From the IMG/VR virus record IMGVR_UViG_2713896799_000024, positions 1 through 35,731 of that record: a stretch of DNA of 35,731 nucleotides. One strand, written 5' to 3'. Positions 1-9,212 of this stretch are shown here, piece by piece. The DNA is from a virus (Duplodnaviria; Heunggongvirae; Uroviricota; Caudoviricetes). Position 1 is the stretch's first letter; every line of letters begins with the position of its first letter. The notes below the pieces were generated by a model. It was not told where the DNA came from. It saw only the letters and a program-made list of their open reading frames with translations, and searched no databases. The position numbers were made by a program, and so were the translations under genes.

Positions 1-219
1 TTACATCCACATAATTTGCTGCCCTGATGGCAACGGGTGCGGCCTTACGGCGTGGACTTCTCCCGGCTTCACGATATATCGCTGTACCGACTCATAAGTG
101 ATGAACGTGGCGCTGCAATTCACGTTCTGGCACTGGTGATAACGCTCTTTTGTCGTGTCAGTGATATAGCGGCTTGTACGCGCATGTGCGGCATGCTGGC
201 ATAAAGGACAATGAAACAT
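1..219 (-). CDS. ogr: Late transcription activator Ogr (C4 zinc finger), 72 aa starting MFHCPLCQH
   Basis: Translation MFHCPLCQHAAHARTSRYITDTTKERYHQCQNVNCSATF... with CxxC...CxxxxC zinc-finger spacing; the listed 93-aa ORF has an N-terminal extension that I do not accept. Confidence 0.9.
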   Translation of the reverse strand: MFHCPLCQHAAHARTSRYITDTTKERYHQCQNVNCSATFITYESVQRYIVKPGEVHAVRPHPLPSGQQIMWM

Positions 220-300
220 CGCGAGCACCTCTTCCGGTTTTGTTGATGGTGCCATTTTAGTTAATTTATCCTTATAAAACAAACAGATAAAATAAAAACA

Positions 301-1464
301 TCACTCATCATCTTCTGTTTCGTACTCCACATCAGAAAGCCTGACCTCAAGCTCCAAGGACGTCGTGAAACCGCTATTATTCAGAAAATGTGTCACCTTA
401 GTGATTGTCCAGTCCTGCTCGTCTATGACGCGCTTAAAGCCTGACACTTTGACCGGCGTTTCCGTGTAAATATCTGCCCGACCAATAGCCAGACTGATGG
501 AGAACTCCGCAACGCCCCGTTGCAGCTTATCCCACTTTGCCTGAGCGGCGCGCATGGCCTGCGCTTTTGTGGCATATACCGTAGTCAGGGCAAAAACGTT
601 GTCAGCTTCACCGGCCATGTATTCACCTTCGCGCGCTTCCGGTACTTTTGGCGCTTTCTTCTGCGTGACCGGTTTCGCTTTGGGGTGCTCCAGTGCGCGC
701 AGGTGTTTCTCTTTCTTTTTGCGTTTCAGTTTTACCTTCTGCTTTTGCGGCTTCGGGTCTTTGGTGTGTAACCACTTTGCCGTTACGCCGGTGTAAGCTC
801 CACGGTCAGCAATCGCAAAATGATGACGGTCGCCGTCGCTGCGGGTGATGGTAATCTGCGGGATTTTTTTACCGCTGGCCGTCACCCCCTGCCCCGCTTT
901 GAGAAACAGCAGTTTTCCCATTTTTACCGACACCTCACCGCCGTTGCGTTCAGCAAGGCGGGTCAGGAATTTCGCATCAGACTCCTGCGACTGGTCGATG
1001 TGCGGAATTTTAATTCCGGCCAGTGACGGAGCGACACTGGCTTCCAGCCTGTTACGGGAGGCTATCGCCTCAACAATCGCGCCGAGCGTGGTGTCATGCC
1101 AGGAGCCTTCCCGGCGGGAATTAAGCGTCCCGCGGAAATCTGCACTCCGGGCGCGGATGGTAACCACATCCGGCGCGCCCCGGTGTTCAACCTCATCAAC
1201 GGTAAATTTCCCTTTGCATACCAGGGCAAAACCTTTCCAGCCGATATACACCGTCAGGACAGCGCCACGAATCGGTAGCCCGACCTGCCCGTCGGCGTCG
1301 TTCAGTTCAATATCAAGCTGGTCAGCCTCAAAGCCCCGGTTATCCGTCAGGGTCATGCTCATCAGACGGTCGCTGATATTGCCGGTAATATCCCTGCTGT
1401 CGAGCATCAGCATGTAATCCGGCGTCAGCGTACTGCCTGCATCAAATGTCAGCGCATCCAGCAT
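301..1464 (-). CDS. D: Tail protein D (late control/tail assembly, gpD)
   Basis: 387-aa translation with lysine-rich central linker, position between U and ogr as in P2. Confidence 0.9.
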   Translation of the reverse strand: MLDALTFDAGSTLTPDYMLMLDSRDITGNISDRLMSMTLTDNRGFEADQLDIELNDADGQVGLPIRGAVLTVYIGWKGFALVCKGKFTVDEVEHRGAPDVVTIRARSADFRGTLNSRREGSWHDTTLGAIVEAIASRNRLEASVAPSLAGIKIPHIDQSQESDAKFLTRLAERNGGEVSVKMGKLLFLKAGQGVTASGKKIPQITITRSDGDRHHFAIADRGAYTGVTAKWLHTKDPKPQKQKVKLKRKKKEKHLRALEHPKAKPVTQKKAPKVPEAREGEYMAGEADNVFALTTVYATKAQAMRAAQAKWDKLQRGVAEFSISLAIGRADIYTETPVKVSGFKRVIDEQDWTITKVTHFLNNSGFTTSLELEVRLSDVEYETEDDE

Positions 1465-1943
1465 TATCCCGCCTCCGTCATACCCGTGAATTTAGTCGCT
1501 ATACTGCCAGCCTTACCGATGAGCGATTCCGCCTGTTTACCGATATCGCCATAAAGCGCGGCCAGTGATTCATCAACGCGGGTGAGCGACAGCGTAAAAT
1601 CAATTTTTCGGGGTGTGCCGTCTGCAAAGAAAATACTCCCTGTTTCACTCACCTTACTGATGACATACATGCCGTAAATCATGCCGGTGCCATCCAGCAA
1701 CGGCCACGCCCGACCTTCCTCTGCCATCAGCCTGAGCGTGGTCATCGTCAGCTTTCCGCCGGTCAGTTCGGGATAAAGCACACCGGCCAGCGTGATGTTT
1801 TCCTCACCCACACCGAGAAACTGAAAGGCATCCCGTTTGCCGATACGGGAATTTGACGGCCAGCGATAATCTGATTCACGCTGCATGGTCTGGTGTGGCA
1901 GCGTCTGGCGCATAAAAACAAACATACCTAACGCGAGCATCAT
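1464..1943 (-). CDS. U: Tail protein U
   Basis: 159-aa ORF, stop/start overlap with D, position downstream of T. Confidence 0.88.
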   Translation of the reverse strand: MMLALGMFVFMRQTLPHQTMQRESDYRWPSNSRIGKRDAFQFLGVGEENITLAGVLYPELTGGKLTMTTLRLMAEEGRAWPLLDGTGMIYGMYVISKVSETGSIFFADGTPRKIDFTLSLTRVDESLAALYGDIGKQAESLIGKAGSIATKFTGMTEAG

Positions 1944-1957
1944 TTTTCGTCACCTCC

Positions 1958-4405
1958 TTAACCGTCATGCATCATGCTGGCACGGGCGCGCGCACGTTTA
2001 TCCCGCTCGTATTTTTCGAGTGCATCCTGTAACTGGCGGTCGAGCTGTGTCCCCGGCGCAGTACCGCCCGTCAGGTTGATGTGATATTCGTTTTTACTCT
2101 GGTCCACATAAGAGCGGCCAGCCGGTGCCGTGACCGGCTGATAAGCCTGATAACCTGCATAAGAGCTGGCCGCCGGAATATAACCACCGGTGCCATACGT
2201 GGCGGCATGAGTTCTGGCGGCGGTCTGGTCAAGCGTGCCTGACTCTTTGTTGATGACGCCAAGTTTTTCCAGTACCCAGTCAATACCGCCGCGCAGTTTG
2301 TTGAACGCATTAAGCGGCAGCATCAGCGCGTCAGCCAGTGCCTGCCCGAACATGACGCCCGTGTCACGGCAACGGTTCAGGGTGTCCTGGGTGGCTTTGA
2401 CCGGGGCAATCAGGTTTTTAAACCACTGCCACGCGGCCTGTAACTTTTCGCCCAGCCAGTCGAACACCGGCTTAAGTGGCGTGAACAGTTCCCCCACCGG
2501 CGCAAATGCCGCTTTCAGCCCTTCCACCACACCGCCAAAGAATGCGCTGACAGGCTCCCAGTATTTACGGATAAGCAACGCCCCGGCGACAATGGCGGCC
2601 ACCACGGCCACAACCGGCCAGCTAATCGCCCCGATGGCGGTCATAACAGCACTGCCAACCGTCGTGAAGACTGCCCCCATTGCGCCTGCTGCCGCGATGA
2701 TGGCATTGATGCCAGTGATAACCGGCCAGGCTACAAGACCAATGGCACCGATGATGCCAGTAAGCGCCAGCGCGCCACCGACAATGAGGCCGATGGTTGA
2801 CGCCAGTGATTTGTTTTTCTGGATCCAGCCGTCGAGTTTTAACACATACTTTGTGGCCGTCTGCGTGAGCTTACGCAGTGCGCCTTCCTGCTGGTCAAAC
2901 AGGTCTGTCCCCACCGCCTCATAAGCGGACTGAAACTCCTTAAAGTCACCGCCGAGGTTGTCCTGCATGATATTTACCAGCTCGGCAGTCTTCCCGTCTG
3001 AGGCTTTAAACGCAGCGGTCAGTTTGTCCAGCTTTCCGGTTGAGGCGGCAGTCATCAGCACGGCGGCGGCTGAGCTGGCCTCCTCCCCGAAAATAGTTTT
3101 CATGTATTCAGCCTGCTGGGCAGTACCGAGCCGGTTTTTCTCAAAACTGGCCTGCATTTCTTTCAGAATGGTAAATACTGGCCGGGTGTTTCCCTTGCTG
3201 TCTGAGGTTTTCACACCAAGCTCTTTGAGTGCATCCCATGCTTTTCCCGTCGGTGCCTGCAGGCGGCTTAACACGGCACGGCTTCCCGTCCCCGCCATTG
3301 AGCCTGTGATTTTTGCATCATGCAGCGCCCCGACCATTGCGGCGGTTTCTTCAATGCTGACACCGGCATTTTTTGCCACAGGTGCGGCATAGGTCAGCGC
3401 ATCGCTCATGCCGTCAAAATCGGCGGCGGTTTTGTTCATCGTCATGGAGAGAACATCCCCGATATGAGCGACCTTATCGTTTGAAAGCTGAAAGGCGGAT
3501 TTCATCCCCATCAGCAGGGCGGCGTTTTCTTCCATCGTGCGGCGGTTCGCCAGCGCCATGTTCAGCGTGACCGGCGTTGCCGCCTGAATGGCATCAACAT
3601 CCCCACCGGCTTTCGCAATAATAATCTGCGCACCGGCCGCATCATCCGCCGAGGCGGCGGTATTGTCGCCGAGCTGGCGCGCCTGTTTGCGTAGCGCGGC
3701 CATTTCGGCGGAATCTTTTGCCACACCGAGCACGGCCTGCAATTCTGAGTTTTTCTGCGCAAACTCATAACCGGGCATCAGCAGCTTAACTCCGGCCATC
3801 GTTCCCGCCGCCGCAATCCCCACACCGGCAGCGCCCACCGAGGCCATATTTCCGGCCAGTTCCTTGCCTGCCTGATAACGCTGTTTGACTGCGTTAAGTT
3901 TTGCCTGTTGCGCACTGACACGCGCCAGCGCGTCGCGCTGACGGTTAAGCTGTGCGGTGGTTTCACTGATACGGTTTTTCAGTCCCTGCTCATCATGTGC
4001 AAGATTGCGGGTATTAATTCCCACAGCGGCCAGTTCCCGTTGCTGGCGTTTAACGGAATCCGTCAGGCGGTTATATTTCGCCTGTAAGTCCTCCGCCGCA
4101 CGCTTTGCGGATTCCAGCACTTTCGCCTGAGCACGGGTCGGACGTTCGGTGTTTTTAAACTGTGTGGCAAGGGCTTCGGCTTCCTGCCGAGCCTTTTCAA
4201 GTGCATGACCAGTCACGGCGAGCTGTGCACTGGTCTTGCGAAATCCCTCAATACGGGATGCCTGACCGTTCAGCTCGCGCAGTGATTTTTGTGTTTCCCG
4301 GATATCCCCCGACAGCGATTTGCTCGCTGTGCGGATGGATTTAAACGGGCGGGATGCCTGGTCAACAGCCCTGAGCAATACCTGTAATTTTACATTGTTA
4401 CTCAT
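1958..4405 (-). CDS. T: Tail tape measure protein T
   Basis: 815-aa ORF, coiled-coil N-terminal region (Q/A/R/E-rich) and hydrophobic G/A-rich central segment typical of tape measure proteins; starts MSNNVKLQ overlapping the E' stop. Confidence 0.92.
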   Translation of the reverse strand: MSNNVKLQVLLRAVDQASRPFKSIRTASKSLSGDIRETQKSLRELNGQASRIEGFRKTSAQLAVTGHALEKARQEAEALATQFKNTERPTRAQAKVLESAKRAAEDLQAKYNRLTDSVKRQQRELAAVGINTRNLAHDEQGLKNRISETTAQLNRQRDALARVSAQQAKLNAVKQRYQAGKELAGNMASVGAAGVGIAAAGTMAGVKLLMPGYEFAQKNSELQAVLGVAKDSAEMAALRKQARQLGDNTAASADDAAGAQIIIAKAGGDVDAIQAATPVTLNMALANRRTMEENAALLMGMKSAFQLSNDKVAHIGDVLSMTMNKTAADFDGMSDALTYAAPVAKNAGVSIEETAAMVGALHDAKITGSMAGTGSRAVLSRLQAPTGKAWDALKELGVKTSDSKGNTRPVFTILKEMQASFEKNRLGTAQQAEYMKTIFGEEASSAAAVLMTAASTGKLDKLTAAFKASDGKTAELVNIMQDNLGGDFKEFQSAYEAVGTDLFDQQEGALRKLTQTATKYVLKLDGWIQKNKSLASTIGLIVGGALALTGIIGAIGLVAWPVITGINAIIAAAGAMGAVFTTVGSAVMTAIGAISWPVVAVVAAIVAGALLIRKYWEPVSAFFGGVVEGLKAAFAPVGELFTPLKPVFDWLGEKLQAAWQWFKNLIAPVKATQDTLNRCRDTGVMFGQALADALMLPLNAFNKLRGGIDWVLEKLGVINKESGTLDQTAARTHAATYGTGGYIPAASSYAGYQAYQPVTAPAGRSYVDQSKNEYHINLTGGTAPGTQLDRQLQDALEKYERDKRARARASMMHDG

Positions 4406-4825
4406 TCGTGTTTCCGCTTCGCCGGAGCGCCTTTTCGCGCCATGTGATGAGTTCGGTCAGGCTCATGGGATACAGTTCTGATGGCGGCCAGTGAAATATC
4501 ACTGCCACATCCGCCATCAGGTCATCGACCGAGAGATTTTTTGGAAACGTCACTGCACCGAGTTCGGCGACAAAAAACCGACCACCTTACCGGCCAGCGC
4601 CACAAGGTCAGGCAGTTCCAGCGCGGCGACTTCCTGCTCGGTCAGCATCGGTGCCGTCATGCGCGGCAGCACCTTAATCAGTGCATCGACTTCGGAGTTC
4701 GCGACCGCTGCCAGACTGACACCGCGCAGCGTCCCGGCATTGGGTTTCATCAGCGTGACCTGTTCAATAACCTGCTCACCACGTTTGACCGGATTGTCCA
4801 GGGTAATGACATTTTCTTTGTTCAT
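4398..4825 (-). CDS. E+E': Tail assembly chaperone E+E' produced by programmed -1 ribosomal frameshift at TTTTTTG (plus-strand 4571-4577)
   Basis: On the minus strand the E frame contains GGT TTT TTG; slipping -1 there gives an open frame (VAELGAVTFPKNLSVDDLMADVAVIFHWPPSELYPMSLTELITWREKALRRSGNTNE) ending at TAA 4398-4400, which overlaps the T start codon (ATGAGTAA). Same architecture as P2 E/E+E' and lambda G/GT. Confidence 0.8.
4550..4825 (-). CDS. E: Tail assembly chaperone E (short product)
   Basis: 91-aa ORF MNKENVITLDNPVKRGEQ... directly upstream of T, as for P2 gpE. Confidence 0.9.
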   Translation of the reverse strand: MNKENVITLDNPVKRGEQVIEQVTLMKPNAGTLRGVSLAAVANSEVDALIKVLPRMTAPMLTEQEVAALELPDLVALAGKVVGFLSPNSVQ

Positions 4826-4880
4826 GGTTTTCTCACTTCTGAATCGGGGTTACCGGTCAGCCTGGCTGACCGGATGAAAA

Positions 4881-5399
4881 TCACAGGCCGATATTGCGGC
4901 GGTGTTGCTCCAGCCGGTCGACGCCGTTCACCTTCTCAATCATGTTGATGGTGTCAATTTCGACCAGCTCCTTACCGTCCATCGTCAGCCGGAAATAGGT
5001 GCAGACCACGGAGATTTTCGACTCGGTGTCTTCTCCCTGTTTGCCCTCGCCGGTGTCGATTTCTTTCTGACGTCCACGCATGACCACCTCGACGGCCACC
5101 GTTTCGCCGGTATCGTCGCGCTGGTAAGAGCCTGCAAAACGAATCGGTACGGCATCCACACCGGTTGCGGCGTAAAGCTCCCAGATAACCGAATCCGGGA
5201 AGCCACCGAGCGACCACTCCATTGACAGCGCATCGTCATCAAGGCCGAGGTCTACCGGTGCGCTGCCGTTCATTCCCGCACCGCGATAGTTTTCGAGCTT
5301 ACGGGTCAGTTTTGGTAGCGTGACGGACTTCGCGACGCCCTGATAGCTGTAGCCGTTCAGAAAGACGTTCATTAACTTGAGTTTGCGCGGCATTGCCAT
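4881..5399 (-). CDS. FII: Tail tube protein FII
   Basis: 172-aa ORF between E and FI; matches P2 gpFII by sequence and position. Confidence 0.9.
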   Translation of the reverse strand: MAMPRKLKLMNVFLNGYSYQGVAKSVTLPKLTRKLENYRGAGMNGSAPVDLGLDDDALSMEWSLGGFPDSVIWELYAATGVDAVPIRFAGSYQRDDTGETVAVEVVMRGRQKEIDTGEGKQGEDTESKISVVCTYFRLTMDGKELVEIDTINMIEKVNGVDRLEQHRRNIGL

Positions 5400-5411
5400 C
5401 GGTCAGGCTCC

Positions 5412-6602
5412 TTAATTGCTGTTAACCGAAGTGACCAGATTTGCCAGGTATTTATCGGTAATACGCTGGCGCAGGGTCAGGTTTTCAAGAGGAGGCACCG
5501 GGGTATAGTCATAGTCGATATACAGTTTTCCGGCCTTGAGGGTTTCCGCATCGTTGGATTCTTCGCTGAACCAGCAGGTCGCATCCACGATATAGCCGTT
5601 TGTTTTCAGCTCACGGAATTTGGCATTGATGCCGTCAACGATGTCGCGAATCAGCGTTGCGGTGATGGGCTTGTCCACCGCCCACATGTGCGCCTCAGCC
5701 ATCGTGTCGGCCAGCACCTGCGCGGTGCGGGTGTAGTTTTCAAAGAGGAACAGCGGGTCATCAGAGCAGGTACGGTTACCCCAGAAGCGGAAACCGTCGC
5801 GGCGAATCAGCGTAGTGACACCTGACTCGTTAAGCAGGTCAGCATCGGTGCCGGACTCCTGCAAATCCCAGAATACAGATGCGCTGATGCCGGTAACACC
5901 TTTTACCCCGACGTTGGACAGCGTTTTATGCCAGCCCTGCTCCTGGTCGATTTTAGCGCGCAGACCCAGCGCACGGGCGGTGGCATACGCGGTGGCGGTG
6001 GTACTGGTGACCGTATCCCATGCGAGGAAATCCGGCCAGATGACCATCAGCTCACGCTGGCTGAAATTCTGGCGGTAGGCTTTCACCTCGGAAATGGTTT
6101 TACAGCCCCATGCGCTGATATATCCGAAAGCGCGCAGCTTCTGACAGACTGATGCCAGTGCAACAGCCACCTCTTTGGTATCCAGTCCCGGTACGCCGAG
6201 AATACGCGGTTTAACACCAGTTACCGACTCCGCCGCCAGCAGGGCTTTCAGTCCGGTGTACTGACCGTTTTCGTCGGTGGTGCCAATGATATTGGAAACG
6301 GTCTGCGCGAGTTTTGTTTCCTCGTCGTCGCCGGTGCCGTCTTCCACACGCACGACAACGGTGACCGGTTTTGACTGGTCGGCGATAGCCTGCAACGATG
6401 CCGCCAGCGTGCCTTTTTTACCGGCCTTTGCAATTGCACTCTGCACATTGGTAATCAGCACCGGTTTATTGAGGGGGAAGGTTTCCGCATCCGCATCGCT
6501 GGCCGTGCAGACCATGCCGACAATGGCAGTGGATACAGTGGAAATGACACGGGTGCCGTCGTTAATCTCCAGCACCTGCACGCCGTGATGATAGTCACTC
6601 AT
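5412..6602 (-). CDS. FI: Tail sheath protein FI
   Basis: 396-aa ORF MSDYHHGVQVLEINDGTRVIS..., contractile sheath family, first gene of the F operon. Confidence 0.92.
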   Translation of the reverse strand: MSDYHHGVQVLEINDGTRVISTVSTAIVGMVCTASDADAETFPLNKPVLITNVQSAIAKAGKKGTLAASLQAIADQSKPVTVVVRVEDGTGDDEETKLAQTVSNIIGTTDENGQYTGLKALLAAESVTGVKPRILGVPGLDTKEVAVALASVCQKLRAFGYISAWGCKTISEVKAYRQNFSQRELMVIWPDFLAWDTVTSTTATAYATARALGLRAKIDQEQGWHKTLSNVGVKGVTGISASVFWDLQESGTDADLLNESGVTTLIRRDGFRFWGNRTCSDDPLFLFENYTRTAQVLADTMAEAHMWAVDKPITATLIRDIVDGINAKFRELKTNGYIVDATCWFSEESNDAETLKAGKLYIDYDYTPVPPLENLTLRQRITDKYLANLVTSVNSN

Positions 6603-6674
6603 CCGTTTAACTCCGTGGTTAATGGGTGCAACTATTTTCTGTTGGGCAGTGCATGAGACGCTATTTGACCTGAC

Positions 6675-6692
6675 TGGTCAGTGGATGAAACA
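6675..6692 (-). promoter_or_regulatory. Candidate Ogr-dependent late promoter dyad (P_F) upstream of FI
   Basis: TGG-N12-ACA followed by ACAG (tggtcagtggatgaaacaACAG); shares the ACAACAG core with the elements at 16318 and 24279; centre about 81 bp upstream of the FI ATG. Confidence 0.5.
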
Positions 6693-6697
6693 ACAGA

Positions 6698-6726
6698 TTA
6701 AAGAAAAGGCGGGCAATTCGCCCGCC
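6698..6726 (-). terminator. Rho-independent terminator (minus strand) between the Z/fun-position cargo and P_F
   Basis: GC-rich 7-bp stem ggcgggc/gcccgcc with 5-nt loop; on the minus strand it is followed by a U-run (plus-strand aaagaaaa at 6700-6707). Confidence 0.6.
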
Positions 6727-7116
6727 TGTCCTGATTTGAACTCACTCATTTTCCGACTGACAATTTACATAGCCCAAAAGTTATCAAATCTGACAGTCTG
6801 CTTTGAGTGAGAAGCAGACATTTACTTAACCGGATAGCAAGAGACTTCATACTACAGCTCATACATCATGGTTGATCCCGGAGTTTTCAGCAATGGAAAT
6901 TGCCCACATGATCGTACCGTAACCACATTAGAAGCAGGTTCACTTTGTGAATTTTGATTGTGTCACCCTATCAGTTTTGAATTTTTATAAAAAATATTCG
7001 CAAATTTGTGAATTATGAGAGACATACGAGCATGGACAACCAATGTTACTTTCATACACAATGAAGCAACATGATAAAAATACACTGACTTTAGTAAGTA
7101 AATTTAGGAGATTGCG

Positions 7117-8451
7117 ATGTTTAGCTTAATCATGGCCGGAGAACCGGACGTTTTTGACCGCTGGCCGTGTATGGACCCTGAGCTTAAAGAAGGCAAGGAA
7201 AGCTTCTCGATGTCCCGCATGCTGGAAGGCACCCCAAGCAATATTTACAGAAAATTAACACCAATAAGACCCGATACCTTAAGAGTACTCGCCAAGCTAC
7301 CGGTGTTGTTCATGACCGAAATTTATACAAAAGATGATGAATATGATACAAACAAGTACATCAGGATCAGGCTTGGGGAAATAAGAAATTTACGTAAAGA
7401 TGGTGGCGATATTTTATTTTCTTTCAAGATTAATCATGATTTTGGAGAAATAACAAATCCCCAAACGACATTATATAAAGAAACCCTAGGACTAGGATCT
7501 TTCGGGTTAAGTCGTACACATTGGGCAGTAAAAAATAAGGATTTGAATATTGTTCTGGAATTACTTGGTTTAAACAAAAAAAATAGCCATCTGAAAGGTA
7601 CAATCAAATTAAAAAAACAAACATACCCAGTAGTCGAGAATATTATAGATTATCTTAATTTCATTAAGAAAAACTTTCGTGATGGTCTCATTACCTTCTA
7701 TCGTGGACACTCTAAAAGCTCATATGAGCTTGTCCCCTCTCTTTACAGAAAAAATCAAAACGGGACGTACAGGCATCTTGCTTCAGAATCTGATTTAGTA
7801 CGTGAAATACTCAGCGCAAGACCAAATGAATTTAAGGAGGATAAATTTACGATTGATAAACTTGTCCGCATGCAGCATTATGGCTTGCCTACAAGACTCT
7901 TAGACATTACATCTAACCCACTGATAGCATTATATTTTGCTTGCTGTTCGAACCCCGATGAAAACGGACAGGTGATTTCGTTTTCAACAAACAGAAAGAA
8001 AATTAAATATTTCGACTCAGACACAGTGAGCTGTATAGCAAACTTATCACTTTTATCTTACGAAGAGTTGGAAAAATTGTCTTCCATTGATGCCAGAAAA
8101 GGTAGTATGGAGTTACCTGAACTCACTGATAAACTTGCAGACCTTATACAGAATGAAAAATCATATTTCAGAAACAGAATAATCCCTGATGACTTAAAGA
8201 AAGTTGTTTTCCTTAAGGCAAAAATAAATAATGAACGCATACAATCTCAGGCAGGAGCTTTTCTTCTGTTCGGACTTGATCCCATTTTACCGGAAACAGA
8301 TGCTGAGTTTCCTCTTAACAGAGTGGAGATAGCGAACAAAAATAAAATTCTGGAAGAGCTGGCACAGCTTAATATATCCGAAAGCACTGTATATCCCAGC
8401 ATGGAGAAAACGGCAGCAGAAATTACAAAAAAGTTTTTATCGGTATCATAA
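7117..8451 (+). CDS. Cargo gene at the P2 Z/fun position: FRG-domain protein (444 aa), function unknown, candidate anti-phage/abortive-infection protein
   Basis: AGGAG RBS 6 nt upstream of ATG; translation contains ITFYRGHSKSSYELVPSLYR and RMQHYGLPTRLLDITSNPLIALYFAC, matching the FRG-domain signature (FYRG motif, QHYGLPTRLLD block); visibly AT-rich and on the opposite strand to the flanking late genes. Confidence 0.75.
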   Translation: MFSLIMAGEPDVFDRWPCMDPELKEGKESFSMSRMLEGTPSNIYRKLTPIRPDTLRVLAKLPVLFMTEIYTKDDEYDTNKYIRIRLGEIRNLRKDGGDILFSFKINHDFGEITNPQTTLYKETLGLGSFGLSRTHWAVKNKDLNIVLELLGLNKKNSHLKGTIKLKKQTYPVVENIIDYLNFIKKNFRDGLITFYRGHSKSSYELVPSLYRKNQNGTYRHLASESDLVREILSARPNEFKEDKFTIDKLVRMQHYGLPTRLLDITSNPLIALYFACCSNPDENGQVISFSTNRKKIKYFDSDTVSCIANLSLLSYEELEKLSSIDARKGSMELPELTDKLADLIQNEKSYFRNRIIPDDLKKVVFLKAKINNERIQSQAGAFLLFGLDPILPETDAEFPLNRVEIANKNKILEELAQLNISESTVYPSMEKTAAEITKKFLSVS

Positions 8452-8681
8452 AGGGATAAACTAAAGGAAACGAAAACTAAGACTGCGCAGTCTTCAGGTG
8501 GAAGTACTCATCGGGAACGGTTTCAGGGGCAAAAACTGGAAGCTCCAATGGCCTTGAGCTGCTCCCTATAAATTAACATATCTCAATGTTATCAATGTCT
8601 GCTTTTGGCACAGAGCGGACTGTCAGATTAGGCTTTACTCTGTGCCATAGATATGTAAGCTCACACCAGAGCTCATGCAAC

Positions 8682-9209
8682 TTATTGCGGCATTTCCGGC
8701 CATTCAGGATTTGCAGGATCCACACGGCTGACCAGAACGCTGTAGCGTTCCCATGACTCCAGTCGTGCGCGCTCCTCATCCGTCGCCATATTCAGCCTGA
8801 CGGCGCGTTCCAGCGGCTGGATAACTGATTCAGCTTCGGAAAGTAACGCGGCCTTTTGTGATTCGGCCTGTTGTTGCTGTTCGTCTGCCGTATAAATCCG
8901 CTTAATCACGGCACCATCCTTAAACATCCATTTACCTGAGTCATCAGCACGTCGGTTGGAGGTAATATCAGGAACCTCGACAACGCTGAAACCTTCAGGG
9001 TTAAGCGTTGAAGCATCTCTGGTGATGCCGACAATTATATTATTCTCGTCGTAAACAATCTTTATCGTGTCTTCCTGAAAATTACTTACTTCCTCATACC
9101 AGTTTTTTCCCTCTTCGGACCATAACCAGATAACATCAAAATTTTTTGTCAGTTGATATTGGGCAACAGTTTTTGGATTACCCGCAGTAATATTTTTTAA
9201 ATGCTGCAT
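8682..9209 (-). CDS. G: Tail fibre assembly protein G
   Basis: 175-aa [33 protein letters not shown]..., directly downstream of the tail fibre gene, as P2 gpG. Confidence 0.88.
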   Translation of the reverse strand: MQHLKNITAGNPKTVAQYQLTKNFDVIWLWSEEGKNWYEEVSNFQEDTIKIVYDENNIIVGITRDASTLNPEGFSVVEVPDITSNRRADDSGKWMFKDGAVIKRIYTADEQQQQAESQKAALLSEAESVIQPLERAVRLNMATDEERARLESWERYSVLVSRVDPANPEWPEMPQ

Positions 9210-9212
9210 AAA

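Noticed and set aside
1-282. Extended 93-aa version of ogr starting MFYKDKLTKM
   Set aside because: Ogr is a 72-aa zinc-finger protein starting MFHCPLC; the upstream extension is likely untranslated leader.
845-1417. 190-aa plus-strand ORF
   Set aside because: Lies entirely antisense within tail gene D; no RBS and no recognisable domain.
2235-2924. 229-aa plus-strand ORF (and similar ORFs at 2958-3392 and 3373-3570)
   Set aside because: Antisense to the tape measure gene T; low-complexity S/A/T/P-rich translations typical of spurious ORFs opposite GC-rich coding sequence.
8483-8496. 14-bp perfect palindrome agactgcgcagtct as terminator of the FRG gene
   Set aside because: Not followed by a U-tract and the stem is too short for a confident intrinsic terminator.
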